From sequence record OQ674104.1: DNA of 32,000 bases, one strand, 5' to 3'. This document shows, piece after piece, positions 14,689 through 23,934 of this stretch. Source of the stretch: Salmonella phage KKP_3822. The position numbers and the translations under genes were made by a program. The notes beneath the pieces are model-generated. The model was not told where the DNA came from, did not search any database, and was given only the letters and a program-made list of their open reading frames with translations. Position 1 is the stretch's first letter, and every line of letters begins with the position of its first letter.

Positions 14689-15126
14689 GTGGCAGGAAAT
14701 GTAAAATATAAACGTGATGCTATATCACTCATGCGAGACGGTATAAAAAGTCAATATAAAAAAGCCGATCGCTGCGAAATCTGTGGTTGTGGTGAAGAAT
14801 TAGAGCTTCATCATTACCATACAGTGTCTCTACTAGTTAAAAAATTTGCTAAAGAACTCCAATTGGATTTCACTGACGAAGAAACAGTCCTCTCAAATAG
14901 GACGGCATTCTATGAAAGATATAGGCATGAGCTAGTAGATGACACTGTTACCCTTTGTGTCCACCATCACCAACTATTACATAAGGTGTACACTAAGGAA
15001 CCTCCCCTTTTTTCTGCTAATAAGCAGAAGGCATGGGTTCTTAAACAAAAGGAAAAGCTACAGAATCCTCAAGAAAAGACACAAGTCAAGACTGAAACTA
15101 AATCAGGATTCGCAAGGTTCTTATAA
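14689..15126 (+). CDS. HNH endonuclease-like protein; track start 14575 is probably too far upstream
   Basis: CEICGCGEELELHHYHTVS...VTLCVHHHQLLHKVY zinc/HNH motif; GAGGAG SD before GTG 14689. Confidence 0.75.
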   Translation: MAGNVKYKRDAISLMRDGIKSQYKKADRCEICGCGEELELHHYHTVSLLVKKFAKELQLDFTDEETVLSNRTAFYERYRHELVDDTVTLCVHHHQLLHKVYTKEPPLFSANKQKAWVLKQKEKLQNPQEKTQVKTETKSGFARFL

Positions 15127-16343
15127 TGGGTTTAAAAAGCTGGATTACTGAAAAGCTAAATCCGGGTCAACGTATTATAAGAGACATGGAACCAGTTAGT
15201 CATCGCACTAACCGTAAGCCATTTACCACTGGACAAGCCTACAGTAAGATTGAGATTCTCAACCGAACTGCTAACATGGTTATCGATAGTGCGGCGGAGT
15301 GTTCTTATACTGTCGGAGATAAATATAATATTGTCACGTACGCTAATGGCGTCAAGGCAAAGACTCTAGACACTCTCTTAAATGTACGACCTAATCCATT
15401 CATGGATATAAGCACATTCCGTAGACTTGTAGTCACTGACCTACTTTTTGAGGGTTGTGCATACATCTATTGGGATGGCACAGCACTTTACCATGTCCCT
15501 GCTGCACTAATGCAAGTAGAGGCAGATGCCAATAAGTTTATCAAAAAATTCATATTTAATAACCAGATAGACTATCGCGTAGATGAGATTATCTTTATAA
15601 AGGATAACAGTTACGTGTGTGGCACAAACTCCCAAATTTCTGGACAATCTCGTGTTGCTACAGTTATTGACTCTCTTGAGAAGCGTTCTAAAATGCTTAA
15701 CTTTAAAGAGAAGTTCCTCGATAACGGCACAGTGATTGGTCTTATTCTTGAGACGGATGAAATCCTGAACAAGAAATTGCGTGAGCGTAAACAAGAAGAA
15801 TTACAACTCGATTATAATCCTAGTACTGGTCAGTCTACTGTCCTGATTCTAGATGGTGGTATGAAAGCAAAACCGTACTCCCAAATATCCTCTTTTAAAG
15901 ATCTAGACTTCAAGGAAGATATCGAAGGATTTAATAAATCCATCTGTCTTGCCTTTGGTGTTCCGCAAGTGTTACTTGATGGTGGTAATAATGCTAACAT
16001 TCGACCAAACATCGAATTGTTCTATTACATGACTATCATTCCTATGCTGAACAAGCTGACTAGTTCTCTTACTTTCTTCTTTGGCTACAAGGTTACTCCT
16101 AATACTAAGGAAGTAGCTGCACTGACGCCAGATAAAGAAGCTGAGGCTAAACATTTAACCTCTTTGGTTAATAACGGTATCATGACTGGTAACGAGGCTC
16201 GTGAAGAGCTTAACCTTGAACCTTTAGATGATGAGCAGATGAATAAGATTCGTATTCCTGCTAACGTTGCTGGTTCTGCAACAGGTGTATCTGGTCAAGA
16301 AGGTGGTAGACCGCAAGGCACTGCCGATGGGGATAAAGAATGA
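15126..16343 (+). CDS. Portal protein (T5 pb7-like)
   Basis: 405 aa after TerL/HNH; portal-type sequence (SLEKRSKMLNFKEKFLDNG..., FGVPQVLLDGGNNANIRP). Confidence 0.85.
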   Translation: MGLKSWITEKLNPGQRIIRDMEPVSHRTNRKPFTTGQAYSKIEILNRTANMVIDSAAECSYTVGDKYNIVTYANGVKAKTLDTLLNVRPNPFMDISTFRRLVVTDLLFEGCAYIYWDGTALYHVPAALMQVEADANKFIKKFIFNNQIDYRVDEIIFIKDNSYVCGTNSQISGQSRVATVIDSLEKRSKMLNFKEKFLDNGTVIGLILETDEILNKKLRERKQEELQLDYNPSTGQSTVLILDGGMKAKPYSQISSFKDLDFKEDIEGFNKSICLAFGVPQVLLDGGNNANIRPNIELFYYMTIIPMLNKLTSSLTFFFGYKVTPNTKEVAALTPDKEAEAKHLTSLVNNGIMTGNEAREELNLEPLDDEQMNKIRIPANVAGSATGVSGQEGGRPQGTADGDKE

Positions 16344-16861
16344 TTGATTATGATGGTCTAAAGGCCATTTTTGGTGAAAAGCTGCCAGAATCTCATATCT
16401 TCTTTGCTACGGTTGCAGCACACAAGTTCGTTCCAAACTACGCTACTCTACGTAAAGAGTTTGGAATGACCACTGCACATACCAACCGCAAGGTTTGGAA
16501 TAAGTTCAAAGAAGCATACGAAGTTACTGCTCCGGTTGTTCCGGCTCTAGCTTTCACGAAGAATCTGGCTAAAACTCTAGCTGTTGATACTGGTGCAGCA
16601 ATTAATCTGGGCGTAACAGTTACTGGTGGTACTGCACCATATACTTATGCTTGGACTAAAGACGGTTCTCCACTTAGTGGTGTTACTGGCCCTAATTTCA
16701 ACAAAGCTACAGCTGCTGCAGAAGATGCTGGTACTTACAAAGTTGTTGTAACGGATAGTAAATCTACTTCCATTACTTCTAATGAGTGTGTAACAACTAT
16801 CAACCCTGGTGCTGGAGGCTTAATAAATGACACAATGCTGCTATTGACTATAACAAGTTAA
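16340..16861 (+). CDS. Capsid decoration protein with Ig-like domain (T5 pb10-like)
   Basis: MIDYDGLKAIFGEKLPESHIFFATVAAHKFVPNYATLRKE... and C-terminal Ig-like VTVTGGTAPYTYAWTKDGSPL. The last ~15 codons (LINDTMLLLTITS) are probably read past the true end. Confidence 0.8.
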   Translation: MIDYDGLKAIFGEKLPESHIFFATVAAHKFVPNYATLRKEFGMTTAHTNRKVWNKFKEAYEVTAPVVPALAFTKNLAKTLAVDTGAAINLGVTVTGGTAPYTYAWTKDGSPLSGVTGPNFNKATAAAEDAGTYKVVVTDSKSTSITSNECVTTINPGAGGLINDTMLLLTITS

Positions 16862-17460
16862 AATCAGCACCGGTTCATTTAGACGCTTACATTAAATCTA
16901 TTGATAGCGAATCCAAAGAGGGTGTTGTAAAAATCCGTGGATTCGCTAATACAATTAGTAAAGATCGCGCTGGTGATGTAATTCCTGCTTCGGCATGGAA
17001 AACGTCTAATGCACTTGCTAACTACATGAAAAACCCGATTATTCTTTTCGGCCACGACCATCGTCGTCCAATCGGCAAGTGTATTGATCTTAACCCTACT
17101 GAAATGGGTCTCGAAATCGAATGCGAGATTTATGAAAGTTCTGATCCAGCTATCTTTTCACTAATTAAAAACGGTGTACTGAAAACCTTTAGTATCGGAT
17201 TCCGCTGCCTAGACGCAGAATGGGATGAAGCTACTGATATATTTATTATTAAAGATTTAGAACTATACGAAGTTTCGGTAGTTTCTGTACCTTGTAATCA
17301 GGACTCAACGTTCAACCTCGCTAAGAGTATGAATGGCCACGATTACACTGAATGGCGCAAATCTTTTACTGCAACAAGTTCTAAGGCTGTCCCAGCTCAA
17401 GAACGTAATCTTTCTGAACTAGAAAAACTTGCGATAGCTTTAGGCTACGTTAAAGAATAA
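16827..17460 (+). CDS. Prohead protease (T5 pb11-like), track start truncated
   Basis: GGAGG then ATG 16827. The homologous frame starts at 16831 as HNAAIDYNKLKSAPVHLDAYIKSIDSESKEGVVKIRGFANTISKDRAG..., so one extra base lies near 16830. The track reports only 17026-17460. Confidence 0.8.
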
Positions 17461-17477
17461 CGGAGAATTATTTAAAA

Positions 17478-18854
17478 ATGACTATTGATATTAATAAGCT
17501 GAAGGAAGAACTTGGTCTGGGTGATCTGGCTAAATCTCTGGAAGGTCTGACTGCTGCTCAGAAAGCTGCGGAAGCTAAGCGTCTGCGTGAAGAGCAGGAA
17601 GAAAAAGAACTGGCTCGTATGAACGACCTAGTATCTAAAGCTGTTGGTGAAGACCGTAAGCGTCTGGAAGAAGCTCTGGATCTGGTTAAGAACCTGGATG
17701 AGAAGTCTAAGAAGAGCGCAGAACTGTTTGCACAGACTGTAGAAAAGCAGCAGGAAACCATCGTTGGTCTTCAGGACGAAATTAAGTCTCTGTTGGCAGC
17801 TCGTGAAGGTCGTTCCTTCGTTGGTGATAGCGTAGCTAAAGCTCTTTATGGCACTCAGGATGCTTTCGAAGATGAAGTTGAGAAACTGGTTCTTCTGTCT
17901 TATATGATGGAGAAAGACGTATTCGAAACTGAACATGGTAAGGCTCACGTTAAAGCTGTTAACGGTTCTTCTTCCGTTTCCATGTCTAGCGAAGCATACG
18001 AAACTATCTTCTCTACCCGTATTATCCGTGACCTGCAGAAGGAACTGGTAGTTGGTGCACTGTTCGATGAACTGCCAATGTCCAGCAAAATCCTTACTAT
18101 GCTCGTTGAACCAGAAGCTGGTCGTGCTACTTGGGTAGATGCTTCCAAATTCGGTACTGACGAAACTGTTGGTGACGAAGTTAAAGGTCAACTGACTGAA
18201 ATCAGCTTCAAAACTTACAAGCTGGCTGCTAAATCCTTCATCACTGATGAAACTGAAGAAGATGCAATCTTCTCCCTGCTGCCTCTGCTGCGTAAGCGTC
18301 TGATCGAAGCACACGCTGTTTCTATCGAAGAAGCTTTCATGTCCGGTAATGGTACTGGTCAGCCTAAGGGTCTGCTGAAACTGGCTGCTGATGATGGTGC
18401 TAAGGTTGTTACCGAAGCTAAAGCTGACGGTTCTGTTCTGGTAACTGCTAAGACTATCTCCAAGCTGCGTCGTAAACTGGGCCGTCACGGTCTGAAACTG
18501 AGCAAACTGGTACTGATCGTATCTATGGATGCTTACTACGATCTGCTGGAAGATGAAGAATGGCAGGATGTTGCCCAGGTTGGTAACGATGCTGTTAAAC
18601 TGCAGGGTCAGGTTGGTCGTATTTACGGTCTGCCGGTTGTAGTTTCTGAGTACTTCCCAGCTAAAGCTGCTTCCGCTGAATTCGCAGTTATTGTTTATAA
18701 AGATAACTTCGTAATGCCGCGTCAGCGTGCCGTTACTGTTGAACGTGAGCGCCAAGCTGGCAAACAGCGTGATGCTTACTACGTTACTCAGCGTGTTAAC
18801 CTGCAACGTTACTTCGAAAACGGCGTTGTATCTGGTGCTTACGCTGCATCTTAA
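17478..18854 (+). CDS. Major capsid protein (T5 pb8-like, HK97 fold with N-terminal scaffolding domain)
   Basis: 458 aa nearly matching my recall of T5 pb8; ACGGAG SD; follows the protease. Confidence 0.95.
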   Translation: MTIDINKLKEELGLGDLAKSLEGLTAAQKAAEAKRLREEQEEKELARMNDLVSKAVGEDRKRLEEALDLVKNLDEKSKKSAELFAQTVEKQQETIVGLQDEIKSLLAAREGRSFVGDSVAKALYGTQDAFEDEVEKLVLLSYMMEKDVFETEHGKAHVKAVNGSSSVSMSSEAYETIFSTRIIRDLQKELVVGALFDELPMSSKILTMLVEPEAGRATWVDASKFGTDETVGDEVKGQLTEISFKTYKLAAKSFITDETEEDAIFSLLPLLRKRLIEAHAVSIEEAFMSGNGTGQPKGLLKLAADDGAKVVTEAKADGSVLVTAKTISKLRRKLGRHGLKLSKLVLIVSMDAYYDLLEDEEWQDVAQVGNDAVKLQGQVGRIYGLPVVVSEYFPAKAASAEFAVIVYKDNFVMPRQRAVTVERERQAGKQRDAYYVTQRVNLQRYFENGVVSGAYAAS

Positions 18855-18874
18855 TACAGGCTTTTCAGCCGATA

Positions 18875-18899
18875 AGGAGAGCTTCGGCTCTCCTTTTTT
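18875..18899 (+). terminator. Rho-independent terminator after the major capsid gene
   Basis: AGGAGAGC-TTCG-GCTCTCCT then TTTTT. Confidence 0.9.
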
Positions 18900-18913
18900 A
18901 TTGGGAAAAATAA

Positions 18914-19426
18914 ATGCAAATCATCACTGTTGAAGATTATAAACTATATGGGAATTTAAAACGTCCTGATATGGAAACTCAGGTTGAGATGATGATTAAA
19001 GCTGCCAATACGCTGATTACAAGCCTTCTAGGTATGGATGATGCAGATGCGGTAGATCAATTAATCACCACAAAACCTAGCCGTAGGAAATATTTCCTGA
19101 GTTCTCCCTCAGCCACATCTATTACAAAGATGACTATTAACGAGAATGAAATAGACCCGGAACAGTTTAAACTGTATCCTGATGGTGTTATTCTTCTTAA
19201 GTTTAATCCTCCTGAAGGGTATATGGATGTAGAGTATACTCAAGGTGGTTTCAATCCAATGCCTGAAGATCTTAAACTGGCAGCATGTCTGTTAGTAGAC
19301 CACTGGCATAAGCAAGATTATCGTCAAGCCAAGACTATTGGTGGTGAGACAGTTACGTTTAACAATACTAAGTCTGGTATTCCAGAGCATATTCGTACAA
19401 TCATCGAAGTCTACAGGAGAGTATAA
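18914..19426 (+). CDS. Head completion/connector adaptor-like protein
   Basis: 170 aa, connector-type sequence, syntenic position after the MCP. Confidence 0.7.
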   Translation: MQIITVEDYKLYGNLKRPDMETQVEMMIKAANTLITSLLGMDDADAVDQLITTKPSRRKYFLSSPSATSITKMTINENEIDPEQFKLYPDGVILLKFNPPEGYMDVEYTQGGFNPMPEDLKLAACLLVDHWHKQDYRQAKTIGGETVTFNNTKSGIPEHIRTIIEVYRRV

Positions 19427-20193
19427 TGGCTCTTTCTGATCTAGCTAGACAAATTATTAAAGAGCAGCTAGATACTGCAGGACGATCTGAGAATAATAAG
19501 AATACTGTTGTGTATACAGTTGAGACAGGTTTGAAAGATCCTACAAGAGATGGTACAGTTGCACAGGTATCTTTCAAATTCTCAAAACCAGTATCTCAAG
19601 ACTTATTAAATGTTAGGACAGCATCTATACTGAAGGCTGTTTCTTCTAATTTAGATCTTTCTGGTGATTTAGGCGCTCTAGAGAATTTAATTCAAGCAAC
19701 AGCAGGTAAACGTTCTGCTGTTGGTAAAAAACGTTCTACCGGTAGAGTTCAGGTAAACTTTGGAGATCCTAGAGATACTGAAGATGGCTATTCTGGTGCA
19801 GTAACAGGTGCTTCCGGTCGTTTCGTATCGAACAGTAACATGCGTGCTATTCTTGAGATAGTTGCTAAGGAATATTTAATCAAGGATATGAAAAAAGCAG
19901 GGGCACCATTGAAGTTCAGAACTGGTCGCTTTGCTAACTCCTTAAAGATTAAAGACGTTATGCTACGTGATGCAGAAACTAGTAAAGGTGCTCCAGAGCT
20001 GAATGTGACGTATAACTATATGGTTCGTCCTTACTCTGTGTTCAACCCCGCAGTTTCTACATATCGAAGACTTTCTCTACGACCTTACCCTGGCGCTCGA
20101 AACCCTCAAAAACTTATTGGGGAAGCAATCGCAAAAGCTGCAAGAGACCTGATTCACTCTAGATATAAAATCAAGGTTAATCAAGGAACCTAA
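19426..20193 (+). CDS. Tail completion protein (T5 p143-like)
   Basis: 255 aa; order within the T5-type head-tail module. Confidence 0.65.
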   Translation: MALSDLARQIIKEQLDTAGRSENNKNTVVYTVETGLKDPTRDGTVAQVSFKFSKPVSQDLLNVRTASILKAVSSNLDLSGDLGALENLIQATAGKRSAVGKKRSTGRVQVNFGDPRDTEDGYSGAVTGASGRFVSNSNMRAILEIVAKEYLIKDMKKAGAPLKFRTGRFANSLKIKDVMLRDAETSKGAPELNVTYNYMVRPYSVFNPAVSTYRRLSLRPYPGARNPQKLIGEAIAKAARDLIHSRYKIKVNQGT

Positions 20194-20196
20194 TAA

Positions 20197-20682
20197 ATGG
20201 ATCACAGAACAAGTATTGCACAAGCAGTGGTTGACCGAATCGCCACACAAATGGATGGTTCACAACCTGACGAGTATTTCAATAACCTTTATGGAAACGT
20301 TTCTCGTCAAACTTATAAATTCGAGGAAATCCGAGAATTTCCTTATGTGGCAGTCCATATCGGAACTGAAACTGGGCAGTATCTTCCCTCAGGCCAACAG
20401 TGGATGTTTTTAGAACTTCCAATCCTCGTGTATGACAAAGAGAAAACAGATATTCAAGAGCAACTTGAAAAACTCGTAGCTGACATAAAAACCGTCATTG
20501 ACACAGGTGGAAATTTAGAATATACTGTTAGTAAACCTAATGGATCGACCTTCCCATGTGAGGCAACTGATATGAGCATCACCTCAGTAGCTACAGATGA
20601 GGGTCTACTGGCCCCATATGGTTTAGCGGAAATAAATGTAACAGTGAGGTATCAGCCACCTCGTAGGGCACTTCGCAGATAA
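20197..20682 (+). CDS. Tail terminator protein (T5 p142-like)
   Basis: 161 aa immediately before the tail tube gene. Confidence 0.65.
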   Translation: MDHRTSIAQAVVDRIATQMDGSQPDEYFNNLYGNVSRQTYKFEEIREFPYVAVHIGTETGQYLPSGQQWMFLELPILVYDKEKTDIQEQLEKLVADIKTVIDTGGNLEYTVSKPNGSTFPCEATDMSITSVATDEGLLAPYGLAEINVTVRYQPPRRALRR

Positions 20683-20708
20683 GTTACAGATTAGGAGAAT
20701 ATAAATAA

Positions 20709-22118
20709 ATGTCTTTACAACTATTACGTAATACTCGAATCTTCGTGTCTACGGTTAAGACTGGTCACGATAAGACCAACACGCAAGAGATTCTAGTTCA
20801 AGATGATATTTCTTGGGGTCAGGACAGTAACTCAACCGATATTACTGTTAACGAAGCTGGTCCGCGTCCAACTCGTGGTTCAAAACGTTTCAACGACTCC
20901 CTGAACGCAGCTGAGTGGAGTTTCTCTACTTACATCCTGCCTTACTTAGATAAGACTACTAGTAAGCAGATCGTTCCGGACTACATGCTGTGGCATGCTC
21001 TTTCTAGTGGTAAGCCTATCAACCTAGATGGCGATACAGGTGCTCACACTAACGAAACTAACTTCATGGTTAACTTTAAGGATAACGCATACCACGAGCT
21101 GGCAATGCTACATATTTACATCCTTACTGATAAAGCATGGAGCTACATCGATTCCTGTCAGATCAACCAGGCTGAAGTAAACGTTGATATAGAAGATATC
21201 GGTCGTGTAACTTGGTCAGGTAATGGTAACCAGCTGATCCCTCTGGACGCTGCTCCATTTGATCCTGATACTGTGGGTATTGATGATGAAACTTACATGA
21301 CTATCCAGGGTTCTTATATCAAGAACAAACTGACTATCCTCAAAATTAAGGATATGGATACTGGTAAGGCATATGACATTCCGATCACTGGTGGTAGCTT
21401 TACAATTAACAACAACATCACCTATCTGACTCCTAACGTCATGTCCCGTGTTAACATCCCAATCGGTTCATTTACTGGTGCATTCGAATTAACTGGTTCT
21501 CTGACCGCTTATCTTAACGATAAAGCTCTAGGTTCTATGGATCTGTATAAAGATCTGATTAAGACCCTGAAGGTAGTTAACCGTTTCGAAATCGCTCTAG
21601 TACTTGGCGGTGAATATGATGATGAGCGCCCAGCCGCTGTTCTAGTTGCTAAGCAAGCTCACGTTAACATCCCAACTATTGAGACTGACGATGTACTTGG
21701 TACTTCTGTAGAGTTCAAAGCAATTCCTACTGATCTGGATACTGGTGATGAAGGTTATCTTGGTTTCTCTAATAAGTACACCAAAACTACTATTGCAAAT
21801 CTGATTGCAACTGGTGACGGTGGTAAAGCAGCTCCGGTTAAGGTAACAGGTATTACTGTTAAATCTGCGGGCGATGCAACTTCCGTTGAGAATAGCGCAA
21901 CTCTTCAGATGACTGTAGACGTTTTACCTGCTGAAGCTACTAATAAGGAAGTAACTTGGTCTATCTCTTCTGGTACTGCTGCTACTATTGATGCAACTTC
22001 TGGTTTTCTGACTGCTGATGTTTCTAAGACTGGTGCAGTTACTGTGAAAGCGGTAGCTAAAGATGGTTCTGGTGTAGAAGGTACTAAGAGCATTACAGTT
22101 ACTGCTTCTGGTGGCTAA
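20709..22118 (+). CDS. Major tail tube protein (T5 pb6-like) with C-terminal Big2/Ig-like domain
   Basis: 469 aa resembling pb6 by recall; C-term VTGITVKSAGDATSVENSATLQMTVDVLPAEATNKEVTWSISSG... Confidence 0.9.
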   Translation: MSLQLLRNTRIFVSTVKTGHDKTNTQEILVQDDISWGQDSNSTDITVNEAGPRPTRGSKRFNDSLNAAEWSFSTYILPYLDKTTSKQIVPDYMLWHALSSGKPINLDGDTGAHTNETNFMVNFKDNAYHELAMLHIYILTDKAWSYIDSCQINQAEVNVDIEDIGRVTWSGNGNQLIPLDAAPFDPDTVGIDDETYMTIQGSYIKNKLTILKIKDMDTGKAYDIPITGGSFTINNNITYLTPNVMSRVNIPIGSFTGAFELTGSLTAYLNDKALGSMDLYKDLIKTLKVVNRFEIALVLGGEYDDERPAAVLVAKQAHVNIPTIETDDVLGTSVEFKAIPTDLDTGDEGYLGFSNKYTKTTIANLIATGDGGKAAPVKVTGITVKSAGDATSVENSATLQMTVDVLPAEATNKEVTWSISSGTAATIDATSGFLTADVSKTGAVTVKAVAKDGSGVEGTKSITVTASGG

Positions 22119-22122
22119 TTAA

Positions 22123-23023
22123 ATGTACTACTCTCTAATGAGGGAGTCAAAAGTTATAGTTGAGTATGATGGCAGGGCTTATCATTTTGACGCTCTGTCA
22201 AACTATGATATCAATACCTCCTATGAGGAATTTAAAACTCTTCGTAGGACTATTCATCGTAGAACCAACTATGCTGACTCTGTTATTAATGCACAAACTC
22301 CATCTTCAATATCTCTAGCTATAAATTTTAGTAATACCCTTACTGAAGCTAACTTCTTTGAATGGATGGGCTTTGATAGAGAGGGTAACTACCTTCCTAC
22401 TACCACTTTATAGTACAAATATTGAGCCAATAATGTTTAATATATACATAGTTAATAAAGATAATAACTGTGTGTACTTTGAGAATTGCTATGTATCTAC
22501 TGTAGACTTTTCTCTAGACAAAAGCGTTCCTATCCTAAACGTAGGAATTGAATCTGGTAAGTTCTCTGAGGTGTCTACTTTTACTCCTGCTGGTTCTATT
22601 GTTCAGGGTGAAGTTATGTCATATAGTCCTCCTAGAGTATCTACCAACAGTAATGTTTTACCAGCTCTTTTATCCGCTTCTATGTCATTCCAGCAACAAT
22701 GTTCTTGGAGAGAAGATAAAAGCGTATTTGACATAAACAAAATATATAATAATAAGAGAGCTTATGTTAATGAAATGAATGCTTCGGCAACAATTGCATT
22801 TTACTACACTAAGCGATTTGCTGGTGATATGTTTTATAATATTGAACCCGAAACTGACATACCATTAACCATCCGAAATGGACATATTTCGATTGACTTT
22901 CCTTCAGCACGTATAACAAAACGCCTACAATTCTCGGATATATACAGAGTTGAATGGGATGTAATCCCTACTGCAGACTCTGATCCGGTAAGAATCGACT
23001 TCTTTGGAGAAATAAAGAAATGA
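22123..23023 (+). CDS. Baseplate/tail protein (T5 p140-like), split by one frame change near 22398-22412
   Basis: 22123-22413 ends ...FDREGNYLPTTTL*; frame +1 gives LYSTNIEPIMFNIYIVNKDNN..., continuing 22358-23023. Confidence 0.75.
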
Positions 23024-23424
23024 TCAATTTAAAAGATATTACCCTTGAAACTCGTACTATTGAGCTGGCTTACCCAGGTATGCCTAACTTCAAGCTGCAA
23101 CTGAACTACATGTCTCGTGCTGCATCTAAGCGTGTTATCTCTTCCGCTAAGCGTGATGAGTGGGTTAACGGTACTATGATTCAGGTTCAGGACGATGATA
23201 AGTTTATTGAAGCTTTCGTTGATACTGCAATTGCTGGCTGGACTGGCTTGACGATTGGAGATGTTGAGAAGCTGATGCTTATCGAAACTGAAGCTGATCC
23301 TACTACTGAAGTTCCGTTTAGTCGCGATAATGCTATCATGCTTATGCAGAACTCTGCTGCGTTTGATTCTTGGATCAACCAGACAGTGTTCCACTTAGAC
23401 ACTTTTCGTAGCTCAAAAGCGTAA
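23020..23424 (+). CDS. Tail assembly chaperone, G-type
   Basis: 134 aa located before the tape measure gene, overlapping an open frame downstream. Confidence 0.65.
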   Translation: MINLKDITLETRTIELAYPGMPNFKLQLNYMSRAASKRVISSAKRDEWVNGTMIQVQDDDKFIEAFVDTAIAGWTGLTIGDVEKLMLIETEADPTTEVPFSRDNAIMLMQNSAAFDSWINQTVFHLDTFRSSKA

Positions 23425-23854
23425 GCAGTTACTAGATGCTGTTGCCGATTTTGCTGATAAATGCATTAAATCCTCAGCATCTAAAATGACAAAACAACAA
23501 TATTTAATGCTTTGTGAGTCGCTAGGTATTGAACCTGATCCTAAGGCAATGCCTGTTGAACTCGAAGATTTTCCACCTATTGTATCTACTAGTATGAATA
23601 TTTATAACAGTCTTATTGACTGTTTCATACCAGGTGACTTTCCTATATTTATAGGAAAAGACAAAAGTGCATTAGGTGTTTTATTTGATATCTACGGGAT
23701 TACTGATCCTATAGAGAAAGAGTTTGTTCTACACATAATCAATATATTTGATTCGAAAGCTGTAGATGCAGCTCGTAAGAGAGCCGAGAAGCATGGTAAA
23801 CAAAATGGTCGCACTCCGAACATTAAACCGCATGCTAGATCTCGAGCTCAGTAA
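23399..23854 (+). CDS. Tail assembly chaperone, T-type extension, probably made by frameshift from 23020-23424
   Basis: Frame 2 is open from 23399 (LFVAQKRKQLLDAVADFADKCIKSSASKMTKQQY...). The track ATG 23486 lacks an SD. Confidence 0.6.
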   Translation, partial: TLFVAQKRKQLLDAVADFADKCIKSSASKMTKQQYLMLCESLGIEPDPKAMPVELEDFPPIVSTSMNIYNSLIDCFIPGDFPIFIGKDKSALGVLFDIYGITDPIEKEFVLHIINIFDSKAVDAARKRAEKHGKQNGRTPNIKPHARSRAQ

Positions 23855-23889
23855 AAGTTTCCTCCAATGGGCGTTCCACGATGAGGCTT

Positions 23890-23920
23890 GGCTCTGGGTG
23901 ATTTGCCCAGAGCCTTTTTT
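23890..23920 (+). terminator. Rho-independent terminator before the tape measure gene
   Basis: GGCTCTGGG-TGATTTG-CCCAGAGCC-TTTTTT. Confidence 0.9.
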
Positions 23921-23934
23921 ATTGGGAAAAATAA

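Noticed and set aside
17628-18806. 392-aa minus-strand ORF
   Set aside because: Antisense to the major capsid gene. Composition (S/F/N/Q-rich) reflects reversed codons of a highly biased gene; no start context.
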